Positions 47,801 to 58,064 of a stretch of 64,000 nucleotides of DNA are shown here, one piece after another. The notes beneath the pieces were generated by a model. That model was not told the DNA's origin. It worked only from the letters and a program-made list of their open reading frames with translations, and did no database searches. The stretch comes from an uncultured delta proteobacterium (lineage in GTDB: Bacteria > Myxococcota_A > Polyangia > Fen-1088), in assembly GCA_963767925.1 (NCBI GenBank), contig CAVYGB010000008.1:1056001-1120000 (forward strand), in the 5' to 3' direction. How positions within the stretch are numbered: position 1 is the stretch's first letter; the number at the start of each line of letters is the position of its first letter. The position numbers and the translations under genes are program-made.

Positions 47801-49580
47801 CGAGGTCCTCGTCGAGGTGCTCGAGTCGTTCGGACAGACCGACGAGCTCGTGGATCTGCTGCAGCGCCGGCGGGCCGGCGCCACCAACCCGCGCCTGGCC
47901 CAGGAGCTCGCGCGCGCGCTGGGCGGCGTGCTCGAGCGGGTCGGCCGGGCCGACGATGCGGTCGCCGTCTACCGCAGCCTCCTCGCGGCCTCGCCCGACG
48001 ACGTCGAGTCGCTGCAGCGGCTGGCCGAGATCTTCCGGCGGGACGCGCGCCCCGAAGAGCTGCTGCCGCCGCTCGAGCACCTGCTGCAGCTCGCCAGCCA
48101 GCACGGCGAAACCGGCGACATCGACGTCGAGGCCATCGGGCTCGAGCTGATGGGGCTGCTCGAGGAGACCGGGGCCGAGAGCGACCGGGTCGAGGCGTTG
48201 CTCCGGCAGGTGCTGGCGGTCCGCCCGGACTCGACCCATGTCCTGCAGGCCCTCCTGCAGCGGCTCGAGCGGCAGCCTGGCCGCCTGCCCGAGGCGTTTG
48301 CCACCCTCGCGCTCCTGCACCGCCAGAACCTGAAGACCGCCCGCGGGCTCGCGCTCGATCAGCCGCTGGTGGCCATGGCGGCGAGCCCGGGGCTGGACCA
48401 GGGGCTGGCCCGGTCGGTGCTGGAAGAGGCGGCGGTCGCCCAGGGTGGGGGAGGTGAGCTCGTGGATGCCCTCGTCGGGCTCTACCGGCGCATGCCGGGC
48501 GAGGCCGACCGGGTCGACAAGCTTCGGGGGCTGCTGCAGCGGATGCCGGGCCTGGCCGGACCCTCCCGGGTGCGGATCCACCTCGCCCTGGCCGCCGGGG
48601 CCGAGGGCCGGAGCGACTGGGCGACCGCCGCCGCCGAGCTGGGTCAGGCCCTCGCCTTCGAGGGCCTGACGGCCCGGCGGGCCAATCACCTCGCCGCCCG
48701 GGCCCGCATCGGCCTGATGATCGGCGACCTCCCGGCCGGCCGGAGCGACCTGCAGGCGGCGCTGGACGCCGCGCCGGATCATCCGGACGCGCTCTTGCAG
48801 CTCGCCGACCTCTGTGAGACCGACGAGGACTGGCGAGCCGCGCTCGGCTTGCTGGACCGGCTGGCCGCGGCGGCCGGCGGGGAGGCCCTGGTCTCCCGCG
48901 AGCGCCTGGCCTTCCGGCGGGCCATGGCCGCCCTGCGGGCCGACGATCCGGGCCGGGCGGCCGCCGGGTTCGAGGAGGTGCTGGCCATCGACCCCGACCA
49001 CGTCCACGCGCGCGAGATGCTGGTCGAGGTCCACCAGCGCGCTGGCAACCTGGAAGGCGCCCGGGGGGAGCTCGAGCGGCTCACCGCCGCCCACCCCGAG
49101 CGGACCGCCTCCTGGACCGCGCTGGGAGAGCTTTACGAGCGATCGGGCCTTCACCGCGAGGCGGCCGACGCGCTCGGGGGCCTGGCCCGGAGCCTGGCCG
49201 AGCCGCGGCCCCGGGCGGAGACGCTGCTGCGGCGGGGAGACCTGCTGCGCGACCGACTGGCCGACGTGGGTGCCGCCCAGGACGCCTACCTGCTGGCTCA
49301 CGACGCGGATCCGAGCTTTCTCCAGCCCGCGGTCCGGCTCATCGAGAGCCGCTGGCGGGCGGGGCACCTCGGCGCCGAGGCGCTGGCCGATCGGGTGATC
49401 GAGCTCGCGCGCCAGGCTGGCGATCCGGGGGCCCTGGCCCAGGCCCTCGCCCTGCTGGCCGAGGCGGACGACGGCGCGTTGCTGCGCGCGCTGCGGCCCG
49501 TGCTGGGGCGGCGGGCCACCGATGGTTCCCGGGACGAAGCAGCGGACGCCGTTCGCCAGTGGCTCTCCACGCGTTCGTGA
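44889..49580 (+). CDS. Large TPR-repeat protein with a beta-rich N-terminal domain (1563 aa)
   Basis: Recurrent TPR-like motifs (ALALDPENRAAL, VLAIDPDHVHAR, ALDAAPDHPDAL); non-repetitive N-terminal about 230 aa. Confidence 0.8.
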   Translation: MPQPSLRFTLSFVEGNGVLQLEDRPLAVGGLAERLALDIPGLKFPFDLSGGLARFQNRHSRLRELVLSFTGAEIARIVAGAPLADFGIHDPILELSAGGVRLGGQARVGGCAADFTARATLRPLPLARLAVCFDDLRLYGFLPVPAPLLARAVFSALVARGTASWATGAFQAASATRLELAALELSLFPLLPANGWRLPEQRQVRLQSVEVGPGGVHLHFLRTPAGAPVEPESPGVVSDFAEAEAAILSGDLSFARAAYQQAHARAPADELPRQRLLQLLAASADLSPELERAAEEMAATTPDHPAVLLAQAQVASQRGQPAQAARVYLRAAELAEAAGETLDAACARGAAAEQQQRAGQGPASTSELERAHALRPDHRGILGALRRRFQVEARWDDLLRILWQQAAAATDPIERAALLSASGLVLLDPLGKADLARERFDQARHLHGEDAGAWEGVGRLEAGQGNRQAALASLDQAARRYARAEDRAGQARVEVALGRLQEAAGARDEALVRFRRAAEIDGGAPEAILAGAALLDQQGRLPEAVDLIREALARATEPPDRVRLYRRLATLEQGGRRDPLAAVRWLEEALREAPADVGALEDLARILDREGEPGRLEPFLRRAAAAARPGPQRQQVGRLCEERGRASGSSSLRTEGLALLAAEGGRAGAEQALALADLGDSLESGTVLRRAADAIETLLAAEGTTGADPLPLARLANRLASLRLREGDRTASEKLSHRALDSYPDPDAAGQAWQTIVRCALERGDVTATRAGLAGWAEDGRVADAPTARAGRLAEAGALERERLGSAALAASLFERALALDPENRAALQGLAAALEERQQWPRLEELLQQILAHETDPEVVRDLRHRLAETLVRQSGRGQEATRIYESLQAQDADDLRASLGLGRALWQSGRLEQSVKQFGKVLVAEDRSAWAAEAHLRLAQAARLFGEVEKAERHLQQATRAEPEQGAPAEVLVEVLESFGQTDELVDLLQRRRAGATNPRLAQELARALGGVLERVGRADDAVAVYRSLLAASPDDVESLQRLAEIFRRDARPEELLPPLEHLLQLASQHGETGDIDVEAIGLELMGLLEETGAESDRVEALLRQVLAVRPDSTHVLQALLQRLERQPGRLPEAFATLALLHRQNLKTARGLALDQPLVAMAASPGLDQGLARSVLEEAAVAQGGGGELVDALVGLYRRMPGEADRVDKLRGLLQRMPGLAGPSRVRIHLALAAGAEGRSDWATAAAELGQALAFEGLTARRANHLAARARIGLMIGDLPAGRSDLQAALDAAPDHPDALLQLADLCETDEDWRAALGLLDRLAAAAGGEALVSRERLAFRRAMAALRADDPGRAAAGFEEVLAIDPDHVHAREMLVEVHQRAGNLEGARGELERLTAAHPERTASWTALGELYERSGLHREAADALGGLARSLAEPRPRAETLLRRGDLLRDRLADVGAAQDAYLLAHDADPSFLQPAVRLIESRWRAGHLGAEALADRVIELARQAGDPGALAQALALLAEADDGALLRALRPVLGRRATDGSRDEAADAVRQWLSTRS

Positions 49581-50611
49581 CCGCGCTGGGGGTCGAGCCG
49601 GCCCTCGCGAGCGAGCTGGGGCGGTCGGTCGCCCCCGGCCCCCGCTGGCCGGCGGTCTTCACCGCCGGGGCGCCGCTCGTCGGGCAGGACCCGGTCTTCG
49701 CTCTGCAGCAGCTACCCGCGGCTTCCCACGTCCAGGCCGATTCGGTGCAGGCGCTGGCCGAGGCGGCCTTCGGCTGCGTGGCCGGCCGCCTGGAGGCGGA
49801 GGCGAGGCCCTTCACGCTGCACGCCTACGTGCCCGAGCCGCGGGCCTACCGGACGCTGGCCGGGCGGGCCGCCCTGCTGGGCAAGGCCTTCCTGGAGCTC
49901 CTGCGCGATCGCCGCAGGCGCCTCCTGCGCAGCTACCTGCCCTGGGCCGAGGTCCCGGCGTTCGAGGGGGTCGACCTGGTCCAGCTCGCGCTCGTCGGGC
50001 GCGGCTCGCTGCTCGTATCGGTGGCCCGACCGACCCGGCTGCGGGGCGGAGGACTCGATCTGGCCCCCTGGCCCGGTGGGCGGGCGCCGGTCCCCGACGA
50101 TCGCCGGGCGCCGTCCCGGGCTTACCGCAAGCTGCGGGAGGCGTTCGCCTGGATGGGGGTGGCTCCCGGCGAAGGAGACGTCTGCGTCGACCTGGGAGGC
50201 GCCCCCGGCGGCTGGGCCTGGACCGCCCTCCAGAACGGGGCCCGGGTGGTGGCCGTCGACCGGGCGGCGCTGCAGGCCCCGGCGGCGGGGCACCCCGGAC
50301 TCACCGCCCAGACCGGGGATGCCTTCTCGTACCGGCCGCCCGGTCCCGTCGATTGGTTGATGTGCGACGTGATCTGCCGGCCCGAACGGACGGCGGACCT
50401 GTGCGAGACCTGGATGACTTCGGGCTGGTGCCGGCGGCTCGTCGCCACCCTCAAGCTCAAGGGGCGGGACGACGACCAGCAGCTCCTGGCCATTCGCAAG
50501 CGTCTGGCCCGGGCTGGCTGGCCCTATCTCCGCTTCAAGCACCTCGCCAACCACAACAACGAGGTCGCCATCCTCGCCCGACGCGACGAGGAGGCGACCG
50601 CCCAGATCTAG
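49559..50611 (+). CDS. RlmM-like (FtsJ fold) rRNA 2'-O-methyltransferase
   Basis: APSRAYRKLREA, VDLGGAPGGW, VAVD, DWLMCDV, TLKL, HL.NH..EV. Confidence 0.8.
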   Translation: MALHAFVTALGVEPALASELGRSVAPGPRWPAVFTAGAPLVGQDPVFALQQLPAASHVQADSVQALAEAAFGCVAGRLEAEARPFTLHAYVPEPRAYRTLAGRAALLGKAFLELLRDRRRRLLRSYLPWAEVPAFEGVDLVQLALVGRGSLLVSVARPTRLRGGGLDLAPWPGGRAPVPDDRRAPSRAYRKLREAFAWMGVAPGEGDVCVDLGGAPGGWAWTALQNGARVVAVDRAALQAPAAGHPGLTAQTGDAFSYRPPGPVDWLMCDVICRPERTADLCETWMTSGWCRRLVATLKLKGRDDDQQLLAIRKRLARAGWPYLRFKHLANHNNEVAILARRDEEATAQI

Positions 50612-50656
50612 CCCGGTGGGCTGGCCGACCGCTGGTCGACCCCTGGGCCCGTCCGC

Positions 50657-51721
50657 TCAGGCGATCGTGACCGACCGGTCCAGGTACACGTCCTGGATCG
50701 CCTGGAGGAGCTGGGCGCCGTCCTTGAGGGTCTTCTGGAAGGCCTTCCGACCGGAGATCAGCCCCATGCCCCCGGCGCGCTTGTTGATCACCGCGGTCTT
50801 GACCGCCTCGGCCAGATCGCCAGCGCCCTTGGACTCGCCGCCGCTGTTGATGAGGCCGGCCCGGCCCATGTAGCAGTTGAGGATCTGGTAGCGGGTGAGA
50901 TCGATCGGGTGGTCGCTGGCCAGCTCGTTGTAGATCCGGTCGTCGGTCTTCCCGTAGGGGTTCTCCTTCGAGGAGAGCGCCTTGTAGCCCCCGTTGTTGG
51001 TGGGGAGCTTCTGCTTGATGATGTCCGCCTCGATGGTGACGCCGAGGTGGTTGGCCTGCCCCGTGAGGTCGGCCGAGGTGTGGTAGTCCTTGTCCTTCTT
51101 GAAGGCCGGGTTGCGGGTGTAACACCAGAGGATGGTGGCCAGCCCGAGCTGGTGGGCGGCGTGGAAGGCCTGGCTCACCTCGACGATCTGCCGGGTCGAC
51201 TCCGGGGAGCCGAAGTAGATGGTCGCGCCCACCGCCACCGCGCCCATGTCGGCCGCCTGCTTGACCTGCCCGAACATGATCTGGTCGAACTTGTTGGGGT
51301 AAGTGAGAAACTCGTTGTGGTTCACCTTCACCACGAAGGGGATCTTGTGGGCGTATTTGCGGGCGACCGCGCCCAGCACGCCGAGGGTCGAGGCGACCGC
51401 GTTGCAGCCACCCTCGATGGCCAGCTTCACGATGTTCTCCGGATCGAAGTAGTCGGGGTTGGGGGCGAACGACGCGCCGGCCGAGTGCTCGATGCCCTGG
51501 TCGACGGGGAGGATGGAGACGTACCCCGTCCCGGACAGGCGGCCCTGGGAAAAGAGCTGCTGCAAGCTGCGCAACACCGGCGTCGGGCGGTCGCTCACCG
51601 AGAACACGCGATCGACGAAGTCCGGCCCGGGGAGGTGGAGGCGTTCGGCCGAGACCTTGGCCTTGTAGCCGAGCAGGGTTTCGCCATCGGCACCAAGAAG
51701 CTGCTTCACATCGATACTCAT
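50657..51721 (-). CDS. fbaB: Class I fructose-bisphosphate aldolase
   Basis: [48 protein letters not shown]. Confidence 0.95.
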   Translation of the reverse strand: MSIDVKQLLGADGETLLGYKAKVSAERLHLPGPDFVDRVFSVSDRPTPVLRSLQQLFSQGRLSGTGYVSILPVDQGIEHSAGASFAPNPDYFDPENIVKLAIEGGCNAVASTLGVLGAVARKYAHKIPFVVKVNHNEFLTYPNKFDQIMFGQVKQAADMGAVAVGATIYFGSPESTRQIVEVSQAFHAAHQLGLATILWCYTRNPAFKKDKDYHTSADLTGQANHLGVTIEADIIKQKLPTNNGGYKALSSKENPYGKTDDRIYNELASDHPIDLTRYQILNCYMGRAGLINSGGESKGAGDLAEAVKTAVINKRAGGMGLISGRKAFQKTLKDGAQLLQAIQDVYLDRSVTIA

Positions 51722-51853
51722 GGTCTCGTTTCTCCTTTATCCCGCGGGAAACGCTCTTCATTACGCGGGTGGGGCGGCGCAGTCAATCGACCCACCATCG
51801 GTGTTTCATCCTGAAAACTTGACGCGGTCCCCTGCAAGCCGTCAGACTTAGGG

Positions 51854-52273
51854 ATGACCCGCGTCAGGAGCTGGATGGTGGTTGGGCTGGTGGGCGCGAC
51901 GGCCGGGATCGCCTGTCAGAAGCCCACGGTCTGTCCGGTGGGCTGGGACGAGAGCGCGGTCGGGGACCAGGCGCTGTGGTGCCGCAGCCCGGACGGGAAG
52001 GAAGCGACGTATTTCCAGCTCCACCCCGGCACCCGGCGCAAGCGGCAGAGCTGCCCCTTCGTCGGCGGGGTCCTGCAGGGCGAGTTCCAGGCCTGGCATC
52101 CCGATGGCCGGAGCTGGCTGACCGGCCGCTTCCAGGACGGCGCGCTGGCCGGCAAGTGGCAGCAGTGGAGCGAAACCGGGAGCAAGGTCGCCGACGGCGA
52201 ATACCGCGACGGCAAGCTCATCGTCGGCGCGCCCGTGGCGATCGCCGCCGCCTGCGACAGCATCAAACCCTGA
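51854..52273 (+). CDS. Small lipoprotein with MORN2-like repeats
   Basis: GIAC lipobox; LQGEFQAWHPDG and LAGKWQQWSETG..ADGEYRDG repeats. Confidence 0.7.
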   Translation: MTRVRSWMVVGLVGATAGIACQKPTVCPVGWDESAVGDQALWCRSPDGKEATYFQLHPGTRRKRQSCPFVGGVLQGEFQAWHPDGRSWLTGRFQDGALAGKWQQWSETGSKVADGEYRDGKLIVGAPVAIAAACDSIKP

Positions 52274-52277
52274 CCGG

Positions 52278-54471
52278 TCAGCGCCGGGCGCGGGCGGGGT
52301 GGGGCCGTTCGACCCCCAGGCGGTCGGCCAGGGCCTCCAGCCCGGTAGGGGCGGCGTGCCGCCCGCGGGCGGCTTGCAGCCCCATCCACACCCATTCCTC
52401 GGTCCGCCGCCGGGCCTCGTCGTGGACCGCCTCCGGCACCACGCCGAGCATGTCGCCCACCGCCTGGATGGCCTCGGGCTCGGCCTCGGCGGCCGGGTGT
52501 TCGAGCAACCTGCGCAGCAGGTCGCCGAAAGCCGGGCGGAGCCCGGGGGCGACCGTCAGGCCTGCGCCGCCGCTCACCCGGGCCAGCTCGAGCGCCCGCA
52601 GGCATTCCCGGCCGCTCACCCGGAGGGCGAGGGCCAGCCGGGCCAGCAGGGCGAACACGATCGGCTCGCGGGCCTCTTCGGGCAGGGCCTTCAGCGTGAG
52701 GTGGGTGCGGCCCACCCGGCATTGCACCGAGAGCGGACCGTGGGTCGAGGCCTGGTAGGCGAGGGTCTCGACCTCGCCCGTGCGCAGCCGTTTCACCTCG
52801 GCGCGGCCACGCACCTGGGCCGGCTTCCGCCCGGCGAGGGCCGGACGGTCGATGGCGAACCCCGGCAAGCTGGCGTGTCCGGCCTTCGAGCCGGCCCCCG
52901 CCACCTCGGCCATGGCCAGCGCCGCGAGGGCGTGGGCCGAGCTGGTGCGGTGCTGGGCCATGCGCCGGAACACGTCGGCCCCGGTGCCGGCCTGGGGGAT
53001 GTTGCTGCGGGCCAGGGCCAGTCGATCCAGCACCGGCTCGAGGGGAGCCTTTTCCCCGAGGTCCTTCCATAGATCGAGGGCGTAGGCGGCCTGGCGGATC
53101 ACCAGGGCGGCCTCGACGCCGGCGACGTCGTCGAAGAACCAGCCGCAGCTCGCGTACATCAGCAGGCTCGCCCGCTGCATCTCGAGGAGGAGGCTGGCCC
53201 GCCGGCGCGCCGCCCGGTTGCCTCCCCGCAAGGAGGCGCGGCCATGACGAGCCAGGAAGGCCAGCCGCTGCTCGGGCGCCGCCTCGAGCACGGCCCCGAA
53301 GTCGTCCCGGAGCTTCCAGGGATCGGCGAACAGCTCTCCGCCGTGTGCTTCGAAGAGAGCGGCGGCCCGCCCGCGCAGGTCGTCGAGCGCCTCCCGCAGG
53401 GGGGCCCGCCAGGCCTGGGTCCAGCCGCTCTCCGAGCGCGAGACCATGGCGCAGCCGCAGTCGCGCTGCCAGCGGCCCAGGCCGTGGGGGCAGCTCCAGG
53501 CGGTGCCCTCGCCGCCCGGTCCCTTGGCCAGCTCCGCCTCCCACTGGGGAGGCTCGTCCCGCAGGTAGGCGGCCAGGTTCGTCACCTCCAGCCCCCGGCT
53601 GGCCGCGCTCACCGCCGCCACGTGGGCCAGGGTCAGGTCGGCGAACTTCTTGTGGTGTCCGTAGAGCTCGCCGTCGGAGGCGGCCAGCACCAGCCGGCGC
53701 GTCGCCACGCTCGAGCGGGCGGCGCTGGCCGAGACGGCGGCGAGGTAGGACTCGCTGTCCCGGGTGGCCGTCCCGAAGGCCAGCTCGCGCGACAGCGGGC
53801 CGTCGAACACCGCCAGCGCCAGGGAGCGGCCCGAGCCGTCTCCGTGCACGAAGCGGTAGGCCCGACCGGTGTCGACGGTGTCGCGGGTGACGGGTTTCCA
53901 GGCCCCCCCCGGCGGGCGCACCGCCGCGATCTGCTCGGGCGCCACGATGGTGTAGCTCAGCCCGGCCTCGATGAGGGCCTCCAGCGTGGGGGCGTCGGCC
54001 GCCGTCTCTGGGCAGCCAGATGCCGTCGGCGGGCCGGCCAAAGCGCCGCTCGAAGTCGTGCAGGCCCCAGCGGATCTGGGTGCGCCGATCGCGCGGCTCA
54101 CACAGCGGGGTGATGGGGTGGCCCCAGACCTGGGCCAGGGCGCCGCCCGCGCCGAGCTGCCGGCGCTGCTCCTCGTCGCCGGCGCGCATCTGCTGGCTGG
54201 TGATGGGATCGGTGACGTCGATCCAGCGGGCCAGGGTGGGGCCCACGTTGAACGACAGGTGCCTGTAGTTGTTGACCAGCGCCTGGATGCGCCCGCCCGC
54301 CCCGTACACCCGGGCGAAGGCGTTGGCCCGGTAGGACTCGGAGAGGATGCGTTCGTTCCAGTCGTGGTAAGGGGCGGCGCTGGGCTCCCGGGAGACGGCG
54401 TCGGTCCAGGGGTTCTCCCGGGGCGGCTGATAGAAGTGGCCGTGCACCACCAGCGCGATTGGGGCCGTCAC
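52278..54471 (-). pseudogene. GH57/DUF3536 glycoside hydrolase, split by a +1 frameshift near 54009 (pseudogene or sequencing error)
   Basis: HGHFYQPPRENPW, SAAPYHDWN, GIWLP then ETA in another frame, ASDGELYGHH, WSC.HG..RW, MYASCGWFFDD. An extra base in CCC-A-GAG breaks the catalytic WLPE motif. Confidence 0.87.
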
Positions 54472-54490
54472 GTGATCTCCGCCGGCCGTC

Positions 54491-55747
54491 TCACAGGTCG
54501 CGCGAGCGCGTGACCAGCGTGTCGCGCGCCTTGGCCACCACCGTGATACCGCCGTCGCTCACGTGGTGGCGGATGGCATCCCGCGCGAGGTCGTGGCCGA
54601 TGTGGTCGCCATCGGCCACCCGGACGTTCTTGTCGATGATGGCCCGCTGGATGCGCGCCCGCCGCCCAACGTGGACGTTGTCGAGCAGGATGGAGTCGCG
54701 GATCTCCGAGCCCTCGCCCACGAACACGTTGCGGCCCAGGAGGGAGTCCTTCACGAAACCACCGGCGATGATGCAGCCGCCGGCGATGATCGACTGCAGC
54801 ACCATGCCCCGGCGTTCGGGGTCGTCGAACACCAGCTTGGAAGGTGGGTCGGGGTAGTTGGCGCTGAGAATGGGCCACTCCCAGTTGTAGAGGTTGAAGT
54901 GGGGCACCACGTTCTTGAGGTCGAGGTTGGCCTCATAATAGGCCTCGATCGTCCCCACGTCCCGCCAATACGCATGTTCACCAGCGTCGGTGACGCCGGG
55001 GATTCGATTCTGGCTGAAGTCGTAGGCGTATACCCGACCGCTCTTGAGCATTTCCGGGAGGATGTTGCGCCCGAAATCGTGGTGGGATTCGGCCTCGGCG
55101 TCCCGGAGCAGGGCGGCCGCCAGCGGCCCCGGCGCGAACACGTAGTTCCCCATCGAGGCCAGGCAGCGGGTGGGGTCCCCCGGCATGGTGAAGATGTCGC
55201 GGTCGGGCTTCTCCTGGAACCCGGTGATGCGGCCGTCCGGCTCGGTCTTTACCACCCCGAAGCTCGAGGCCTCGCTGACCGGGGTGGGGATACAGGCCAC
55301 CGTCCCGAGCGCGTTCCGATCGATGTGAAAGTCGACCATCTGGCGGACGTTCATCTTGTAGACGTGGTCCGCCCCGAACACGAGGACCAGGTCGGGCCGG
55401 TAGTCCTCCACCATCTGGAAGTTCTGGTAGACGGAGTCGGCGGTGCCCCGGTACCAGGACTCACCGATCCGCATCTGGGCGGGGACCACGGTGACGAAGT
55501 CCGAGTAGGAGTTGCGCATGCTCCAGGTGCGCTGGATGTGCTCCACCAGGGACTGGGCCTTGTACTGGGTGAGCACGTAAATTGCGCGGATTCCGGAGTT
55601 GACCAGGTTCGAGAGCACGAAGTCGATGATTCGGTAGCGCGCACCGAAGGGCACCGCGGGCTTCGCGCGTTCGAGCGTCAGGGGGTAGAGCCGGGCTCCG
55701 CGCCCGCCGGCCATCACGAGGGCCAGGAGGCGTGTTTGAGGATCCAT
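54491..55747 (-). CDS. glgC: Glucose-1-phosphate adenylyltransferase
   Basis: MAGGRGARLYPLT..RAKPAVPFG, WYRGTAD, ADHVY, EKP, ASMGNY, YWRDVGT; start ATG 55747. Confidence 0.95.
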   Translation of the reverse strand: MDPQTRLLALVMAGGRGARLYPLTLERAKPAVPFGARYRIIDFVLSNLVNSGIRAIYVLTQYKAQSLVEHIQRTWSMRNSYSDFVTVVPAQMRIGESWYRGTADSVYQNFQMVEDYRPDLVLVFGADHVYKMNVRQMVDFHIDRNALGTVACIPTPVSEASSFGVVKTEPDGRITGFQEKPDRDIFTMPGDPTRCLASMGNYVFAPGPLAAALLRDAEAESHHDFGRNILPEMLKSGRVYAYDFSQNRIPGVTDAGEHAYWRDVGTIEAYYEANLDLKNVVPHFNLYNWEWPILSANYPDPPSKLVFDDPERRGMVLQSIIAGGCIIAGGFVKDSLLGRNVFVGEGSEIRDSILLDNVHVGRRARIQRAIIDKNVRVADGDHIGHDLARDAIRHHVSDGGITVVAKARDTLVTRSRDL

Positions 55748-55907
55748 CGAAGTCGCCCAGTATACCGTGGTGTGTCCCGCGGAAGAAATGTGCTCTCGCA
55801 TCTCCTTTCGCGCCGGGGGAGCTTCGGAAATTTTTGGGAGATTTGATCGTCGCATCGAATGGCTTCGGCTTCTCGAATGGCAGGCGTGCAAGTACAATCC
55901 TCGGTGC

Positions 55908-58052
55908 ATGTCTCCCGAGGATCGCTTCGAACGCCAGCTCAGCGAACTGGCGATGAACCTGTGGTGGTCGTGGCATCCGGACTCGATCAAGCTGTTTCGT
56001 GACCTGGATCCAGAGGGTTTCCGGGCCTCGAAACACAACGCGCTCCGCGTGGTCAAGTCCCTCACGCCCGAGCGGATCGCCGTCCTGGCCAAGGACGCCG
56101 TCCTGCGGGCCCGGGTCGATCGGGCCCACCGCGAGTTCCGCGCATACATGTCCCCCCAGGCGGTGACCTGGGCGTCGACTCAGGCCGCGCCCCTCCGGGT
56201 GAGACCCGTGGCCTACCTGTCGGCGGAGTTCGGCCTGCACGAGTCGCTGCCCATCTACAGCGGCGGCCTGGGCGTGCTCGCGGGCGACCACCTCAAGACC
56301 GCCTCCGACCTCGGCCTGCCCATGGTGGGCGTGGGGCTGTTCTACCGGGAGTCCTACTTCCGGCAGCAGATCGACCGGGAGGGACACCAGCACGCGGAAT
56401 ACACCGACTTCCCCATGGAGTACTTCCCGGCCACCCTGCTGCGGACGGCAGAGGGGGAGCCCCTGCTGATCGAGGTCCCCCTCGCCACCGAGAAGCTGTT
56501 CACCCAGGTCTGGCAGATCAGCGTGGGGCGCACCCCCCTCCTGCTGCTCGACACCGACGTGCCCCAGAACTCCACCGAGAACCGGGAGCTGGCCGCCCGC
56601 CTCTATTTCGGCGACCAGCGGGTCCGCATCCGGCAGGAGCTGCTGCTCGGGGTGGGCGGCATCCGGGCCATGCGGGCGGCGGGCATCAACTGGAGCCTCC
56701 TTCACCTCAACGAGGGCCACAGCGCCTTCGCCACCCTGGAGTTCACCCGCCTGCGCATGGAGGCCACCGGGGCCAGCTTCTGGGTCGCCGCCCAGGAGGT
56801 GGCGCAGTCCTCGGTGTTCACCACCCACACCCCGGTCGACGCCGGCCACGACCGGTTCCCGCCCGAGCTCGTCGACGAGCACCTCGAGCCGCTGCGCCGC
56901 TCGCTCGGCATCACCCGGGAGGAGTTCCTGGGCCTGGGCCGCATCCGCCCCGCCGATCCGCGCGAGGCCCTCTGCATGACGGTGCTCGCGTTCAAGATGT
57001 CCCGCTACGCCAACGCCGTCTCCAACCTGCACGCCCGGGTCACCCGCAAATCCTGGCAGGTGCTCTGGCCCCACCACCGGGAGGACGAGGTGCCGATCGG
57101 GCACATCACCAACGGGGTGCACGTCCGCACCTGGGTGGCGCCCGCCATGCAGGAGCTCTACCGCCACCACATCGGCCCCCACTGGGTCGAGAGCCTGACC
57201 GACCCGACCATGTGGGCCCGCATCGAGAAGGTCTACGACGCCGAGCTGTGGGAGACCCACCGCACCCTGCGGGCCAGCCTGGTCCAGTTCGTTCGCCGCG
57301 AGCTGGGCGTCCAGCGCCGGCGCGACGGCTACAGCGACGAGCTGATGGCCGCGGCGCAGGAGGCGCTCGATCCGGACGCCCTCACCATCGGGTTCGCCCG
57401 TCGGTTCGCCACCTACAAACGGGCCAACATGATCTTCCGGGACCACGATCGGCTGCGCCGGCTGCTGCTCGATTCCAAGCGGCCGGTCCAGCTCATCTTC
57501 TCGGGCAAGGCCCACCCGGCCGACCGCCCCGGGCAGGAGATCCTGCGCACCGTCTTCCAGGCTTCGCTGTCCTCCGAGCTGCGCCACCGCATCGTCTTCA
57601 TCGAGGATTACGACATCAACATCGCCCGCCACCTGGTGCAGGGGGTGGACCTGTGGCTCAACACCCCCCGGCGCCCCCAGGAGGCGAGCGGCACCAGCGG
57701 GCAGAAGGTCCTCCTCAACGGCGGGCTCAACCTCTCGGTCCTCGATGGCTGGTGGGCGGAGGCCTACGACGGGCTCAACGGCTTCGCCATCGGCGACGTG
57801 ACCACCCACGTCTCACCCGAGGAGCAGGATCGGCGGGACGGCGAGTCCCTCTTCCGCACCCTCGAGGAGCAGGTGGTGCCGCTCTACTACCAGCGCGACG
57901 AATACGGGGTGCCGCGGGGCTGGGTGGCACGCATGAAGCAGTCGCTGCGCACCCTGGGCTGGCGCTTCAACACCGATCGGATGTTGATGGACTACGTCCG
58001 CGAGTGTTACCTGCCAGCCGCCGGGACGACGAGCTGCGCGATGCCGAAGTGA
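55908..58052 (+). CDS. glgP: Alpha-glucan phosphorylase
   Basis: NLWWSW, YSGGLGVLAGD, NEGH, FARRFATYKR, GKAHP, EASGTSGQK (PLP Lys); start ATG 55908. Confidence 0.95.
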   Translation: MSPEDRFERQLSELAMNLWWSWHPDSIKLFRDLDPEGFRASKHNALRVVKSLTPERIAVLAKDAVLRARVDRAHREFRAYMSPQAVTWASTQAAPLRVRPVAYLSAEFGLHESLPIYSGGLGVLAGDHLKTASDLGLPMVGVGLFYRESYFRQQIDREGHQHAEYTDFPMEYFPATLLRTAEGEPLLIEVPLATEKLFTQVWQISVGRTPLLLLDTDVPQNSTENRELAARLYFGDQRVRIRQELLLGVGGIRAMRAAGINWSLLHLNEGHSAFATLEFTRLRMEATGASFWVAAQEVAQSSVFTTHTPVDAGHDRFPPELVDEHLEPLRRSLGITREEFLGLGRIRPADPREALCMTVLAFKMSRYANAVSNLHARVTRKSWQVLWPHHREDEVPIGHITNGVHVRTWVAPAMQELYRHHIGPHWVESLTDPTMWARIEKVYDAELWETHRTLRASLVQFVRRELGVQRRRDGYSDELMAAAQEALDPDALTIGFARRFATYKRANMIFRDHDRLRRLLLDSKRPVQLIFSGKAHPADRPGQEILRTVFQASLSSELRHRIVFIEDYDINIARHLVQGVDLWLNTPRRPQEASGTSGQKVLLNGGLNLSVLDGWWAEAYDGLNGFAIGDVTTHVSPEEQDRRDGESLFRTLEEQVVPLYYQRDEYGVPRGWVARMKQSLRTLGWRFNTDRMLMDYVRECYLPAAGTTSCAMPK

Positions 58053-58064
58053 CCACCGGTTGAC

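Noticed and set aside
51854..52273. YwqK-type antitoxin of a toxin-antitoxin pair
   Set aside because: Only generic MORN2-like repeats are present, and no adjacent toxin gene.
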